A stretch of DNA of 64,000 nt from Bacteroidia bacterium (GTDB lineage Bacteria > Bacteroidota > Bacteroidia > AKYH767-A > JBBKVM01). A program made the translations under genes and the position numbers. The DNA is taken from assembly GCA_037968415.1 (NCBI GenBank), contig JBBKVM010000002.1, forward strand, positions 6,030 to 70,029. Direction: 5' to 3'. Shown in pieces: positions 36,030 through 46,602 of the stretch; the stretch's first letter is position 1; each line of letters starts with the position of its first letter. Below the pieces are notes generated by a model. The model did not search any database. It worked only from the letters and a program-made list of their open reading frames with translations, and was not told the DNA's origin.

Positions 36030-38249
36030 TTATTTGATTTTATATCGCAATCCTGCATAAATTTTTCGGCCCATTAGCGGGGCCCATATTACTGTTGCAT
36101 CAAATCCAGTGCCAAACGGATCATCCGCTCCAATTATTGGGTTGTTTTGTGTGTAGTCTGTTAAGTTTTCTACTCCGCTGTATACCGACCACTTTTTGAA
36201 ATTACGGGTTATTTGTGCGTTGGCCGTAACGTATGGATCAGAGTAAGATACATTCTCCCCCAACGGATCGGTACTGTAAACCGTAGCAGGCAGTTTCTTG
36301 CGGCCGGTGTATAAAACAGTTCCGTCAAATACCCATTTCTCAAACTTGGTTTTATACGAAATGTTAAACAACACTTTGTCGCGAGCGGTGAGCGGCTTGA
36401 CGCTCTGTACACCATTGTATGTACTCACCACTTTGTCCATGCGATATGCTGCTTTTACATCAAGTCTATCAATAGGTTCATACATCAATTGAGCTTGAAA
36501 GCTGTTGCTGTAGGATTTGCCATCAAGGTTATAAAACAAAATAGAAGCAGCATCGGTATAGGTGTCCACAATCAATTGATTGTCGAAAGTGGTGTAATAG
36601 TAATCAAGACTCAACACACCTTCTCGCCCACGAAACTTATAATCGTGTGTAAGGCTTGTGCCAAAATTCCATGCCACTTCCTGTTTGGGAGCTTCCAGCA
36701 CAATGATATTGCGCGAGCTGGCCAACACACCCACATTATCAGAAATGAGGTTGGCCACACGTGTGCCCTTGCCCGCGGTCAGGCGCAGGTGGGTAGTAGC
36801 TTTTAGGTCGTACTTTATGTGCAGTCGCGGAGTGGCAAACCATCCAAAGTCGTTGTGATAATCCGCGCGCAAGCCGCCCACAATTACATACCTGCCTGGA
36901 TTGGTAAAAGTATATTCACCAAAAACACCGGGCACAATTTCGGTTCGGTCATAAGACTGCTCAGCAAAATTCTCATCAATTTTATCAAACTGGTAAGAGG
37001 CTCCCAATCGGTATAAATGATTGGTGTTATCAATAATGTTTTGAAATATCAGATTGGAATAATAACTAGTCTGCGTGCCCGTGTAATTATTATTGCCGAA
37101 ATAACCATCCTGATCGTGCCATGCCACATTGTTTATCCAACCCAAACTTTTGTGCGGTTTATCAAAGTTTACAAGACCGGTTTTGGCAAATGCTTCATAT
37201 CGATTGGTTGCTAATTTGGTTTTGTACAATCCGTGTTGACCGTGGGCACCATCCAGTTCTGTGTATTGTCCGCCTACGCGTTCATCTCCTAACACCTTCA
37301 CACCTACTTGCGCTTCCAACCTTCCTCCACTACTGTACTTCCAGCGATTGAAGACATTATAGTTTTTCACTTTGGGCATATCCAAAAAGCTATCATGGTT
37401 GTGATCTATATCTGTCTGAAAATATTCTCCATGCGCCATCACCATCGTACTCCAGTTGTCGTTCAACTGACGTGCCGCCTCCACATTGAGTTCGGTATTA
37501 CCGGTACTTGCGCCATACACATTCAGGTTCAGCCTTTCACTTTCCCATGGCTTTTTATATTCAATGTTAATTTGCCCCGTGATGGCTTCATATCCATTCA
37601 AAACAGATCCTGTGCCTTTGGATATCTGAATGTTATCCATCCATGTTCCTGGAATATAATTCAAACCATATATACGTCCCAATCCACGCATGATTGGAAT
37701 GTTTTCTGCCTGCATAAGCGTGTAGCTTCCGGCCAATCCTAACATTTGAATTTCTTTGGAACCGGTCACCGCATCACTATACGATACATCCACAGATGCA
37801 TTTGTTTCAAAGCTCTCAGACAAATTGCAACATGCGGCTTTCAGCAACTCTTTAGAAGTTATCTTTTCAAGGTTGATCGGATCTACAGCACTAAAAAATG
37901 TAGATTGTTGTTTGCTGGCTATCTCCACAATCTTCAGCGATACCGATCGGTTCAACACTACTTTTATCACAGACTTGCCTGCCACATTGATGGTGTCTCC
38001 TGTGAAACCAACAAAACTTACCACCAATATGGGTTCAATTTCTTGAGGGATGTCAATTGCAAAATTTCCATTGATATCAGTAACCGTTCCGGTGGTTGTT
38101 CCGGCCCAATAAACATTTGCACCAGGCAGAGGTGTATTTGATTTCTCTTCACGCGCATACACCACGCCTTTTATTTTTGAAGCTTGAGCCATGACTTCAC
38201 CGTGTGCAAATGTCAATAACAAAAGCAATAATATTAATAAGTTTTTCAT
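36030..38249 (-). CDS. TonB-dependent outer-membrane receptor
   Basis: Start chosen at MKNLLILLLLLLTFAHG (38249). CarbopepD_reg-like N-domain (KIKGVVYAREEKSNTPLPGANVYW..TTTGTVTDINGNFAI), plug and barrel, with a C-terminal aromatic end (…RYKIK). Confidence 0.75.
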   Translation of the reverse strand: MKNLLILLLLLLTFAHGEVMAQASKIKGVVYAREEKSNTPLPGANVYWAGTTTGTVTDINGNFAIDIPQEIEPILVVSFVGFTGDTINVAGKSVIKVVLNRSVSLKIVEIASKQQSTFFSAVDPINLEKITSKELLKAACCNLSESFETNASVDVSYSDAVTGSKEIQMLGLAGSYTLMQAENIPIMRGLGRIYGLNYIPGTWMDNIQISKGTGSVLNGYEAITGQINIEYKKPWESERLNLNVYGASTGNTELNVEAARQLNDNWSTMVMAHGEYFQTDIDHNHDSFLDMPKVKNYNVFNRWKYSSGGRLEAQVGVKVLGDERVGGQYTELDGAHGQHGLYKTKLATNRYEAFAKTGLVNFDKPHKSLGWINNVAWHDQDGYFGNNNYTGTQTSYYSNLIFQNIIDNTNHLYRLGASYQFDKIDENFAEQSYDRTEIVPGVFGEYTFTNPGRYVIVGGLRADYHNDFGWFATPRLHIKYDLKATTHLRLTAGKGTRVANLISDNVGVLASSRNIIVLEAPKQEVAWNFGTSLTHDYKFRGREGVLSLDYYYTTFDNQLIVDTYTDAASILFYNLDGKSYSNSFQAQLMYEPIDRLDVKAAYRMDKVVSTYNGVQSVKPLTARDKVLFNISYKTKFEKWVFDGTVLYTGRKKLPATVYSTDPLGENVSYSDPYVTANAQITRNFKKWSVYSGVENLTDYTQNNPIIGADDPFGTGFDATVIWAPLMGRKIYAGLRYKIK

Positions 38250-38328
38250 CAGAATTCGTTTTTGATAAATAATAGACAACACAAATGTCCATTGTGAAGC
38301 AACAGACACAAATCAAAAAAGAATTAGA

Positions 38329-38739
38329 TCAAATGCGGAAATTGCAAGAAATAATAACCAGGTCGCGGCCAGCGGGAGGCGAGCCATTCACAGCCAATGG
38401 TCGAAAAGAATTGGCTGTTTCAATTGTCCTGGGTGTGTAGGGAGTATTTACAAAGGAAACTGCAGGTAATTCTAAACTCACAGAAGTTAGTACGACTTCA
38501 TTGCTTCTAACCTTATCTACAGTCAGTGCACAACATTTTTTCGCAAATGCAAAATCGCTTGAAGGCACATCAGTGCAGGGCATTTCAGCATCACCACAAC
38601 ATCCAAAGTGATTGTTGAGCGATACTTCACTCTTGTTGCCGGCCAAACATGTATGCGTAAATAAACTAAATCCGGCAGTGGATACAGTCACCACAACGGC
38701 CAACAACAGATTGAAAAATGTTTTAATGCTCGATTTCAT
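38329..38739 (-). CDS. small Cys-rich secreted protein, possibly HYC_CC_PP family
   Basis: Signal peptide, then HTC, GCCGD, KKCC and GSPPAG motifs reminiscent of the HYC_CC_PP family often found beside TonB receptors. This family assignment is from memory only. Confidence 0.35.
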   Translation of the reverse strand: MKSSIKTFFNLLLAVVVTVSTAGFSLFTHTCLAGNKSEVSLNNHFGCCGDAEMPCTDVPSSDFAFAKKCCALTVDKVRSNEVVLTSVSLELPAVSFVNTPYTPRTIETANSFRPLAVNGSPPAGRDLVIISCNFRI

Positions 38740-38932
38740 TTGCCTCGCAAAGGTACGAAATCAGGAGGCGCTATTCAAGTCAATACTCGAATTATAACTA
38801 CCTGAACGCGAGCATAATAACACGAATTAGGCAATCGCACTTATAAATCAATTACTGGATTTGCTAAAGGATTTTCTGTTATCTTCAGTCTCCAAATATT
38901 TCTCCCCTCATTTATCACAACTTAAACCACCA

Positions 38933-40288
38933 ATGAAAAAATTAATTTCAATCACGTTGATCTATGTGTTTGCTTTGATTGCATTTGGCATTCAGGCCGG
39001 CACCACAGAGAAACCCGTATTCAATTATCCCATTCACCAAACAAAACTTTCCAATGGGTTGAATGTAGTGACGGTGCCATATGACAGTCCTGGCATTGCA
39101 GCATTTTACATTGTGGTGCGTGTGGGATCGCGCGAAGAGGTGGAGCCAGGCAAAACAGGGTTCGCACACTTTTTTGAACACATGATGTTTCGGGGTACGG
39201 ATAAGTTCCCTAAACACAAATACACCGAAGTTCTCAAATCAACAGGGGCTTCGGCCAACGCCAATACTTCGCTAGACCGCACTGTCTACCACATGACAGG
39301 AGATGTAGACAAACTCGAAACAATGTTTATGCTGGAAGCCGATCGTTTTCAAAACTTAAAATATTCTGTTCAGGATTTTAAGACCGAGGCAGGTGCCGTA
39401 AAAGGTGAATACACGAAAAACAATGCCAGCCCATTGTCTCAGTTGTATGAAGCAGTTCAGAACACTGCCTTTGACAACCATACCTATAAGCACACCACTA
39501 TGGGTTTCTTCAAAGACATTGTAGATATGCCCAATCAGTATGAATATTCAATTGAGTTTTTCAATCGATTTTACCGACCTGAATATTGTACCATCATCGT
39601 TGTTGGTGATGTAAAAGCCGTTGCGGTAAATGCGTTGGCCACCAAGTATTTTGGCAAATGGAAGAAAGGAAATCATGTGACCAAAATACCTACTGAACCT
39701 GAGCAATCTGAAACAAAAAAAACACACATCCAGGTTACCAAGTACCCACCGCACCTGAGTTTGAACTTCAAAGGCGCCTCTTACAGTGATCTCAGTATTG
39801 ACAATGCAGCCATAGGCATACTAAACCTGATGTTGTTTTCCGATAAGTCAACGCTTTACGATGAACTGGTAAACAAGGAACAAAAAGCTAGATCAATTTC
39901 CGGCTATAATTGGAGCACCCGTGACCCTAACCTCATCACAGTTTCAGCTTCATTGGTCAACAAAGATGACTTACAATATGTGAAAGATGCAGTAATGAAG
40001 ACTATTGAAAAGGCTGCCAATGGAGAAATAGATGAAAAGAAAATGGCTGAAGCAAAATCATATCTCAAATATTCTTTTGCCATGAGCCTTGATAACCCTA
40101 GTTCAATTGCCAACTCACTTTCGCAATATGTGTGGCTGACAGGTGATCCCAACTCGATCAACCGCATGTATGACAACTATGCTAAAGTTACCAAAGCGGA
40201 CCTGGTGCGCGTGGCCCAGCGTTACTACACATCACAGCGACTTACTATCGCAACTATTTCATCTGATTCATCCAACTCAATTCAATAA
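38933..40288 (+). CDS. M16 (pitrilysin) family zinc peptidase, catalytic subunit
   Basis: Inverted zinc motif HFFEHMMFRGT. The signal peptide starts at MKKLISITLIYVF (38933). Confidence 0.8.
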   Translation: MKKLISITLIYVFALIAFGIQAGTTEKPVFNYPIHQTKLSNGLNVVTVPYDSPGIAAFYIVVRVGSREEVEPGKTGFAHFFEHMMFRGTDKFPKHKYTEVLKSTGASANANTSLDRTVYHMTGDVDKLETMFMLEADRFQNLKYSVQDFKTEAGAVKGEYTKNNASPLSQLYEAVQNTAFDNHTYKHTTMGFFKDIVDMPNQYEYSIEFFNRFYRPEYCTIIVVGDVKAVAVNALATKYFGKWKKGNHVTKIPTEPEQSETKKTHIQVTKYPPHLSLNFKGASYSDLSIDNAAIGILNLMLFSDKSTLYDELVNKEQKARSISGYNWSTRDPNLITVSASLVNKDDLQYVKDAVMKTIEKAANGEIDEKKMAEAKSYLKYSFAMSLDNPSSIANSLSQYVWLTGDPNSINRMYDNYAKVTKADLVRVAQRYYTSQRLTIATISSDSSNSIQ

Positions 40289-40296
40289 TTACCTCC

Positions 40297-41841
40297 ATGA
40301 TAAAATACACGCTCAATATATTACTCTTGTTTTGTGTTGCATTTTCAACCAAGGCACAGGAGTTAATCGAATTACCCATGCCAAAGTCTGATGCCATCGT
40401 AATGAAGCTAATGTTTCGAAATGGTAGCATGGCAGACCCCACAGGCAAGGAAGGCCTCACCTCACTGACAGCCAGAATGATGGTCGAAGGTGGCACAAAA
40501 GAGATGACTGCAAAAGAAATTACTGATCTAACATTCCCAATGGCCGCGCGCTATGGCGTTTCCGTAGACAAAGAAGTGACCATATTTACATTCTCTATTC
40601 ACTCCGATTTTCTCGAGCCCTTTTACAAATTGGCGATGCAGTTAATCACCAATCCCGGTTTTCGCGAAGCCGACTTCAAGCGTATCAAATCAAATCAACA
40701 GAACTATGTAGATCAAGTGATACGTGCTTCAAGCGATGAGGATTACAGCAAAAAAGCATTGGAAAATATGTTATTCCGTGGTACGCCTTATGCGCACATG
40801 GAACAAGGCTATTCATCTTCTGTTTCTAAACTCACACTTGAAGATGTAAATGCGCATTTCAAAAGTGTGTTTTCATCAACAAATGTGAGCATTGGTATGG
40901 CTGGAAATTATCCACAAGGCTTTGGGGATCGTATAAAAAAAGATTTGCAGGCGCTCGGAACACATGCGGTCGAACTCCCTTCAGCACCCAAAGTATACAT
41001 GCGCAATGGCATACAAATAGATATCATCGCCAAACCTAATACACTGGGCTCGGCCATTTTCACAGGCTTCCCCTTGCCCATCAATCGCTCGTCTGACGAA
41101 TTTGCTGCGCTAATGGTGGCCAACTCATATTTTGGCGAGCACCGCAAAGCTTATTCGCTGCTCTACAAAAAATTGCGGGAGCAACGTTCCATGAATTACG
41201 GGGCATACTCATACATTGAATGGTACGACAACGGAGGTTCCAACATGCTTCCACCGCCCGGTGTTCCCCGCCAGAGTAATTACTTTTCGATGTGGATTAG
41301 ACCCATACAAACGGCAGCCAGCCTAAAAAGCCAGTATAAAGAACTTGCAAACATATCTACCGGCCACGCACATTTCGCCATCCGCATATCTTTGCGCGAG
41401 CTCGATAACCTGGTAGAAAATGGAATGAGTAAAGAGGATTTCGAACTTACCCGTTCCTTTCTTCGCAGTTATATCAAACTATATCCGCAAAACACTTCAG
41501 CACGACTTGGATATTTGATGGATTCAAAATTTTATGGCCGCTCAGATTATCTTGCAGAAATGGACATATTACTGGCTAAACTGACTGTGGAAGATGTAAA
41601 CAAAGCGATTGCAACTTATTTGCAGAAAGAAACAATGTACATCGCCATCGTCACCGATGAATCCGAAGCCGTGCCATTAAAGGATGCGCTGCTAAGCAAT
41701 CAGCCATCACCAATGAGTTATTCAGATGATCTGCGAAAGGAATTACCTAAGAATATATTGGATGAAGATGAAGATGTTGCCGTTTATCCAATCAACGTTC
41801 AATCGGTGAGAATCATTAAAAGTGATGAGATGTTTCAATAA
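40297..41841 (+). CDS. M16 family peptidase-like protein, non-catalytic partner
   Basis: M16 fold-like sequence that lacks HxxEH. It lies immediately downstream of the catalytic M16 gene, the typical two-subunit arrangement. Confidence 0.65.
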   Translation: MIKYTLNILLLFCVAFSTKAQELIELPMPKSDAIVMKLMFRNGSMADPTGKEGLTSLTARMMVEGGTKEMTAKEITDLTFPMAARYGVSVDKEVTIFTFSIHSDFLEPFYKLAMQLITNPGFREADFKRIKSNQQNYVDQVIRASSDEDYSKKALENMLFRGTPYAHMEQGYSSSVSKLTLEDVNAHFKSVFSSTNVSIGMAGNYPQGFGDRIKKDLQALGTHAVELPSAPKVYMRNGIQIDIIAKPNTLGSAIFTGFPLPINRSSDEFAALMVANSYFGEHRKAYSLLYKKLREQRSMNYGAYSYIEWYDNGGSNMLPPPGVPRQSNYFSMWIRPIQTAASLKSQYKELANISTGHAHFAIRISLRELDNLVENGMSKEDFELTRSFLRSYIKLYPQNTSARLGYLMDSKFYGRSDYLAEMDILLAKLTVEDVNKAIATYLQKETMYIAIVTDESEAVPLKDALLSNQPSPMSYSDDLRKELPKNILDEDEDVAVYPINVQSVRIIKSDEMFQ

Positions 41842-41843
41842 GC

Positions 41844-41874
41844 AAAGAAGCAGGCTAGTAGCCTGCTTCTTTTG
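41844..41874 (+). terminator. intrinsic terminator after the M16 pair
   Basis: AAAGAAGCAGGCtagtaGCCTGCTTCTTTtg: a 12-bp stem followed by a T-rich tail. Confidence 0.5.
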
Positions 41875-41879
41875 CCATG

Positions 41880-41953
41880 TAGCGAGGACGGGAATTGAAC
41901 CCGTGACCTCAGGGTTATGAATCCTGCGCTCTAACCACCTGAGCTACCTCGCC
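41880..41953 (-). tRNA. tRNA-Met (anticodon CAT; elongator Met or lysidine-modified Ile2 cannot be distinguished by eye)
   Basis: The reverse complement reads GGCGAGGTAGCTCAGGTGGTTAGAGCGCAGGATTCATAACCCTGAGGTCACGGGTTCAATTCCCGTCCTCGCTA. It has a cloverleaf with GCTC/GAGC D-stem, a TTCATAA anticodon loop, an ACGGG/CCCGT T-stem with TTCAATT loop, and a G1-U72 wobble. CCA is not encoded. Confidence 0.85.
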
Positions 41954-42014
41954 AAGTTTTCGGGGCTGCAAATATAATACTTCTCTTTTTGGGGAACAAT
42001 TGAAATACTCAAAA

Positions 42015-42758
42015 TCAAGAACGCCCTTCTTCATCGAGCAGTTGAGTAGTGTGCTTGAGGGTACGTAATACGAGCGTGATGCCTACTGCCACGACTATTA
42101 CAACATAATCCGATGGTTTAAAATTTAAGCTGTCGGAATGCATTAAATTCCTGATTATTTTTACAAAATACACTCCTATCACGACTGCCAATACTCCACT
42201 ATATTCGCGTCTCAACACCGATTTAAATGAAAATGGGATTGAAGACGAAGTGAATTTTCCCAGTGCAGGGATAAACGCGGGCACTGTCAGTGACCAATCA
42301 GTGTATTGTTTACCAAATTTTTTTTCTAAAAAGCGCTCTTCGGCAAACATGATACGTTCGTAGTATAACCAGAACAAAAGGCTTACAATGATGATAAAGT
42401 AAATATTGTAAGTAAAGATTACGATACCTATCCACATCAGATAATTACCCAAGTATAAAGGATGCCGCACTGTGCTGTAGATTCCCGTTGAATTTAGTTG
42501 TTCAGCCACTTGTTCGTTGGTATTTCGCCCCGATGTGCCACGTGGTGTGGTGCCTATGGCGTAGGCACGAATGAGCGTCCCCAAAACAATGGCAATAAAT
42601 GCACACCCTTTGTAAATATTGGTTTGCGCAGCCGAAAGGGTAATTGAATCTGTAAAAAATATGACCGGTATAGCCATTAGAAACAGCAACACGGGAACTT
42701 GTCCGCGTATTTTAAAAAGCTGATTTCCATGTTGCTCAAACGAGTGTAGAAGGGCCAT
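42015..42758 (-). CDS. isoprenylcysteine carboxyl methyltransferase (ICMT/PEMT)-family membrane methyltransferase
   Basis: A multi-TM protein with the family motif ...STGIYSTVRHPLYLGNYLMWIGIVI...YERIMFAEERFLEKKFG..Y. Confidence 0.7.
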   Translation of the reverse strand: MALLHSFEQHGNQLFKIRGQVPVLLFLMAIPVIFFTDSITLSAAQTNIYKGCAFIAIVLGTLIRAYAIGTTPRGTSGRNTNEQVAEQLNSTGIYSTVRHPLYLGNYLMWIGIVIFTYNIYFIIIVSLLFWLYYERIMFAEERFLEKKFGKQYTDWSLTVPAFIPALGKFTSSSIPFSFKSVLRREYSGVLAVVIGVYFVKIIRNLMHSDSLNFKPSDYVVIVVAVGITLVLRTLKHTTQLLDEEGRS

Positions 42759-42874
42759 TTTCTATATTTGGCGCAATGTAGCCTTTTTATCATAAATATT
42801 TTTATATTGCCGTTCAAAGCAGTGCAGATGTGCATTTTCAGCACATCTATAAATCTTCCAACTGCCTCTACAGA

Positions 42875-43255
42875 ATGAAGCAAAAGAAAAAAGAAAAATA
42901 CCAGGTAGAATTCGAACTGAAGTCATCTGTAAAGATTTTATACAATTATATCAGCTCACCGAGCGGGTTGTCAGAATGGTTTGCCGATGATGTGACGGTA
43001 CAGGATCACGTTTATACTTTTATATGGGGGAATTCCGAAGAACAAGCAAAAATATCATCAAAGCGAGAACCCGAACTGGTTCGGTTTGATTGGCTGGACA
43101 AAGAGAATTATTTCGAGATGGAAATTTTGTGCGATGACATCACTTCGGAAGTGGCTTTACTCATTACCGACTTTGCATTTCCTGAAGAAATAGAAGCCGA
43201 GAAAAAGCTTTGGGAGTCACAAATCCAAGAGCTTAGGCACACCATAGGGTCATAA
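42875..43255 (+). CDS. SRPBCC (START/AHSA1-like) domain protein
   Basis: About 127 aa from MKQKKKEKYQVEF. The beta-rich pattern with WF/W motifs (LSEWFADDVT...IWGN....FDWLD) is typical of small SRPBCC proteins. The call is weak. Confidence 0.4.
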   Translation: MKQKKKEKYQVEFELKSSVKILYNYISSPSGLSEWFADDVTVQDHVYTFIWGNSEEQAKISSKREPELVRFDWLDKENYFEMEILCDDITSEVALLITDFAFPEEIEAEKKLWESQIQELRHTIGS

Positions 43256-43879
43256 GCGTAGTGCTTTCATAAAATCATCATACGTTTCCAAAGCAAACGG
43301 CATCAGGCTTGCCGCTTCATCCAGCGCCAGTTTACGAGACAGTTTTGCAAATCCGTGTTGGTCCATAGAATTTGTCATTACTTCCTTCGCATCTGTATCA
43401 TATCCACCCAGGTCTACCACGGCTGTAGACGAAAGCGTGTGATCCCATTGGTCAGCAATAGCGGGAATAAGCGTAGGCTTGCGCGCCAATTCATTCGCAC
43501 TGGCAACAATAGACTCTTTATACCTCTCGAAATAAGTCCCGGAAAGATGAAGTGTAAAAGCAAAATGATTTCCCCACCAAAACATGCTTCGGAAAGCAAA
43601 AACATCATGTCGTTTGAAAATGCGGGGATAGTCCAGAATCATATATGGCAACCCTTTGTAGTTTTCACCGCGGCTTATTTTTCCGGAATTTTCAAATACA
43701 ACAGCCGGCACTTGCGTATGAGATAATGAAACTGACTTGAGCTCGTTGTTAAGATGGCCCATTGTTTTTCTGACAGTATCAAACACATCTGACTTGATTC
43801 TAAAAAAATCAGTGTTTCGGATAGCCGATAACTCTTCCGTGCTTAATGTTATTTTTGCGTCAATCATTGATAAGGGCAT
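43250..43879 (-). CDS. hypothetical protein
   Basis: 209-aa ORF with no signal peptide and no recognised family. Confidence 0.45.
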   Translation of the reverse strand: MPLSMIDAKITLSTEELSAIRNTDFFRIKSDVFDTVRKTMGHLNNELKSVSLSHTQVPAVVFENSGKISRGENYKGLPYMILDYPRIFKRHDVFAFRSMFWWGNHFAFTLHLSGTYFERYKESIVASANELARKPTLIPAIADQWDHTLSSTAVVDLGGYDTDAKEVMTNSMDQHGFAKLSRKLALDEAASLMPFALETYDDFMKALRL

Positions 43880-43900
43880 TCAATCAATTATACAAATAAA

Positions 43901-45343
43901 TTGAAGAAGTTAAACATCTTAGTTATCAAATCATTTCTTGGGCCATTTGTCCTCACGTTCTTCATTTCGCTGTTTATTCTTCTGATGCAGTTTATATGGA
44001 AATACATCGATGATTTGGTAGGCAAAGGTTTAGAGTGGTATGTGATAGCGGAATTACTGACATATGCGTCTGCTACGATGGTCCCCTTGGCGTTGCCACT
44101 TGCCATGTTGCTCTCTTCCATTATGACTTTTGGAAGCCTTGGTGAACATTATGAATTGGTGGCAACCAAATCGGCAGGTGTATCGCTGCTTCGTTTTATG
44201 GCTCCGTTAATTGTCACTTCAGGATTAATTTGCGTAGGCGCATTTTATTTTTCAAACAACTTGTTACCCATCACCAACCTGAAAGCAGGATCACTCTTAT
44301 ACGATGTGCGGCAGCAAAAGCCTGCACTATCAATTCGCGAGGGTGTCTTTTACAATGGCATAGATGGGTACGTAATCAAAGTGGGTCGCAAAGATCCTGA
44401 CGGCAAAACCATGTATGATTTAATGATATACGATCATACAGACGGTATAGGAAACAACAAATCATACATAGCAGAATCGGGCACGATGCAAATGTCGGAT
44501 GATGAAAGATATTTGGTTGTGACACTGATGAATGGCCACAGTTACGAAGATGTATACCGCCCACGTAAGGAGAATGGGGGACGCCCTCTCATACGCACCC
44601 AGTTTAAGGAAGAGAAAATAAGGTTTGATCTTTCTGCTTTTAAGCTATCGCGAACCAACGAAGATCTTTTCAAGGACCATCACCAAATGTTGAACATATC
44701 ACAGCTTCAGCACACCGAAGATACGCTCACTCAAATACTGGTAGAACGCAAAGAATCTTTTGCTAAAAATATCGATTCGTATTTCCGGGTTCCGCCACAG
44801 GAATTATTGACCCTCCCACCTGCCTCCGCTCCTATTGCAAATATAAATTTGAGTGCACTGACGGAATCAGAGCGCTCGACCATATTGCAAAGCGCCATGA
44901 ACATAGCGCGCAGTGTGAAATCTTATATAAGTTCTACAAATGACGATATCGACTACAGAACTAAAGTAATCATCCGCCATCAGATTGAATATCACAGAAA
45001 ATTTACACTGTCGTTTGCTGTGTTTGTTTTGTTTTTTGTTGGTGCCCCACTGGGTGCGCTCATACGCAAAGGAGGACTGGGCATGCCTGTGGTAGTAGCC
45101 ATGTTCTTTTTTATATTCTATCACATCATGTCAATCACTGGCGAAAAATTTGCGCGCGAAGGCGTGATATCACCATTGGAAGGCATGTGGGCAGCGACAA
45201 TTATTTTACTTCCGTTGGGGATATTCCTAACCTATAAGGCCAACACAGATTCGAAACTATTGGACAAGGACTCGTACACATCCTGGTTCAAAAAATTGAA
45301 AAAATTGTTTCCACAAAAAAGCACCAAGACCATCGCTCCATGA
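43901..45343 (+). CDS. LptF/LptG (YjgP/YjgQ) family LPS export permease
   Basis: The TTG start followed by KKLNILVIKSFLGPFVLTFFISLFILLMQFIWKYIDDL is the typical LptF/G N-terminus. There are three N-terminal TM helices, a periplasmic beta-jellyroll region and three C-terminal TM helices. Confidence 0.8.
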   Translation: MKKLNILVIKSFLGPFVLTFFISLFILLMQFIWKYIDDLVGKGLEWYVIAELLTYASATMVPLALPLAMLLSSIMTFGSLGEHYELVATKSAGVSLLRFMAPLIVTSGLICVGAFYFSNNLLPITNLKAGSLLYDVRQQKPALSIREGVFYNGIDGYVIKVGRKDPDGKTMYDLMIYDHTDGIGNNKSYIAESGTMQMSDDERYLVVTLMNGHSYEDVYRPRKENGGRPLIRTQFKEEKIRFDLSAFKLSRTNEDLFKDHHQMLNISQLQHTEDTLTQILVERKESFAKNIDSYFRVPPQELLTLPPASAPIANINLSALTESERSTILQSAMNIARSVKSYISSTNDDIDYRTKVIIRHQIEYHRKFTLSFAVFVLFFVGAPLGALIRKGGLGMPVVVAMFFFIFYHIMSITGEKFAREGVISPLEGMWAATIILLPLGIFLTYKANTDSKLLDKDSYTSWFKKLKKLFPQKSTKTIAP

Positions 45344-45372
45344 ATTTTGATGGTGCTTAAATTGACACATCA

Positions 45373-46569
45373 GTGAACATACTGCAACTATGCCTGCGCG
45401 TTCCCTACCCGCCAACCGATGGCGGCAATATAGCCATGTACAACCTGGCTAGTGGACTGCATGAACATGGCCATAAAATCACAATGGTATGTATCAATAC
45501 ACAAAAGCATCACGTGCAAACCGCTCCGCTTCCATCCGCTCTGAAAAAATTCAATTCATTTCATGTAATGGATGTAGATACTTCAGTCAAAATTGTTGAC
45601 GCCATTTCAAATTTGTTCCATAACGAATCATACAACATTGTCAGATTTTATTCAGCAGATTTTGCTGCCATGCTCTCTGATATATTGGATGCAAACGTAT
45701 TTGAAGTAATACAATTGGAAAGTTTATTCATGGCGCCATACATAGAAACTATAAGAAAACACAGCAACGCGAAGGTTTTTTTACGCGCGCACAATGTGGA
45801 GTTTGAAATTTGGGAGAAGTTGGCTAATGGCGAAAAGAACGTTTTAAAAAAATGGTATTTGGGGTTGCTGGCGCGCAGATTAAAGCATTACGAATTGAAG
45901 ATGTTGAACATGTTTGATGGGATACTGCCAATCACTGACGAAGATAAAAATAGATTTAAGGCGTTGGGGTGCGCGGCTCGCATGTGCGTAATACCGGTGG
46001 CGTTGGATCCCGATGTATACAACTTACCAGCGGATGAAGTTCTTCCCAATTCATTTTTTCATTTGGGGAGCATGTCGTGGCTTCCTAATAAAGAAGGCGT
46101 GCGTTGGCTTTTGCGTGAAGTGTGGCCGTGGGTTCAGCAAAAAGACCCAAGTTGCAGGTTATACCTGGCTGGTCATGGTATGCCAGTAGATATAATCAAA
46201 AAGGCTGCTATGGGTGTGCATGCAGAAGCGAGGGTAAAAGATGCAAGGGCTTATATGCAGAACAAGCAAGTGATGGTGGTGCCGCTGCTTTCAGGAAGTG
46301 GAATGCGGGTAAAAATTATTGAAGGCATGGCAATGGGTAAAACCATTATTTCAACTTCCTTAGGTGCGGAAGGCATAGGCGCTACACATGGTGAAAATAT
46401 AATAATAGCGAATAGCGTAAAGGAGTTTGGTGACGCCATCATGAATTGCAAAAGTGATTCTAATTGGAGCAAAGCGATTGGTGCCGCAGCGAGAAAATTC
46501 TTTGAAGTTACCTTTACTAGCAATGTGGTTTCGGAAAAGCTGAGTCAGTTTTATTCGGAGGAGGTGTAA
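45373..46569 (+). CDS. glycosyltransferase family 4 (GT-B fold) protein
   Basis: The N-terminal ILQLCLRVPYPPTDGG and the C-terminal ...VPLLSGSGMRVKIIEGMAMGKTIISTSLGAEGI are GT4 donor-binding motifs. Confidence 0.8.
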   Translation: MNILQLCLRVPYPPTDGGNIAMYNLASGLHEHGHKITMVCINTQKHHVQTAPLPSALKKFNSFHVMDVDTSVKIVDAISNLFHNESYNIVRFYSADFAAMLSDILDANVFEVIQLESLFMAPYIETIRKHSNAKVFLRAHNVEFEIWEKLANGEKNVLKKWYLGLLARRLKHYELKMLNMFDGILPITDEDKNRFKALGCAARMCVIPVALDPDVYNLPADEVLPNSFFHLGSMSWLPNKEGVRWLLREVWPWVQQKDPSCRLYLAGHGMPVDIIKKAAMGVHAEARVKDARAYMQNKQVMVVPLLSGSGMRVKIIEGMAMGKTIISTSLGAEGIGATHGENIIIANSVKEFGDAIMNCKSDSNWSKAIGAAARKFFEVTFTSNVVSEKLSQFYSEEV

Positions 46570-46602
46570 AAAAAATCAGGTGCCACCGGCATTAGCCTTG
46601 TG

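Noticed and set aside
41880-42014. tRNA-Met as an integration site for a mobile element covering 42015-43879
   Set aside because: No integrase, no direct repeat of the tRNA 3' end and no obvious composition change. The neighbours are ordinary genes.
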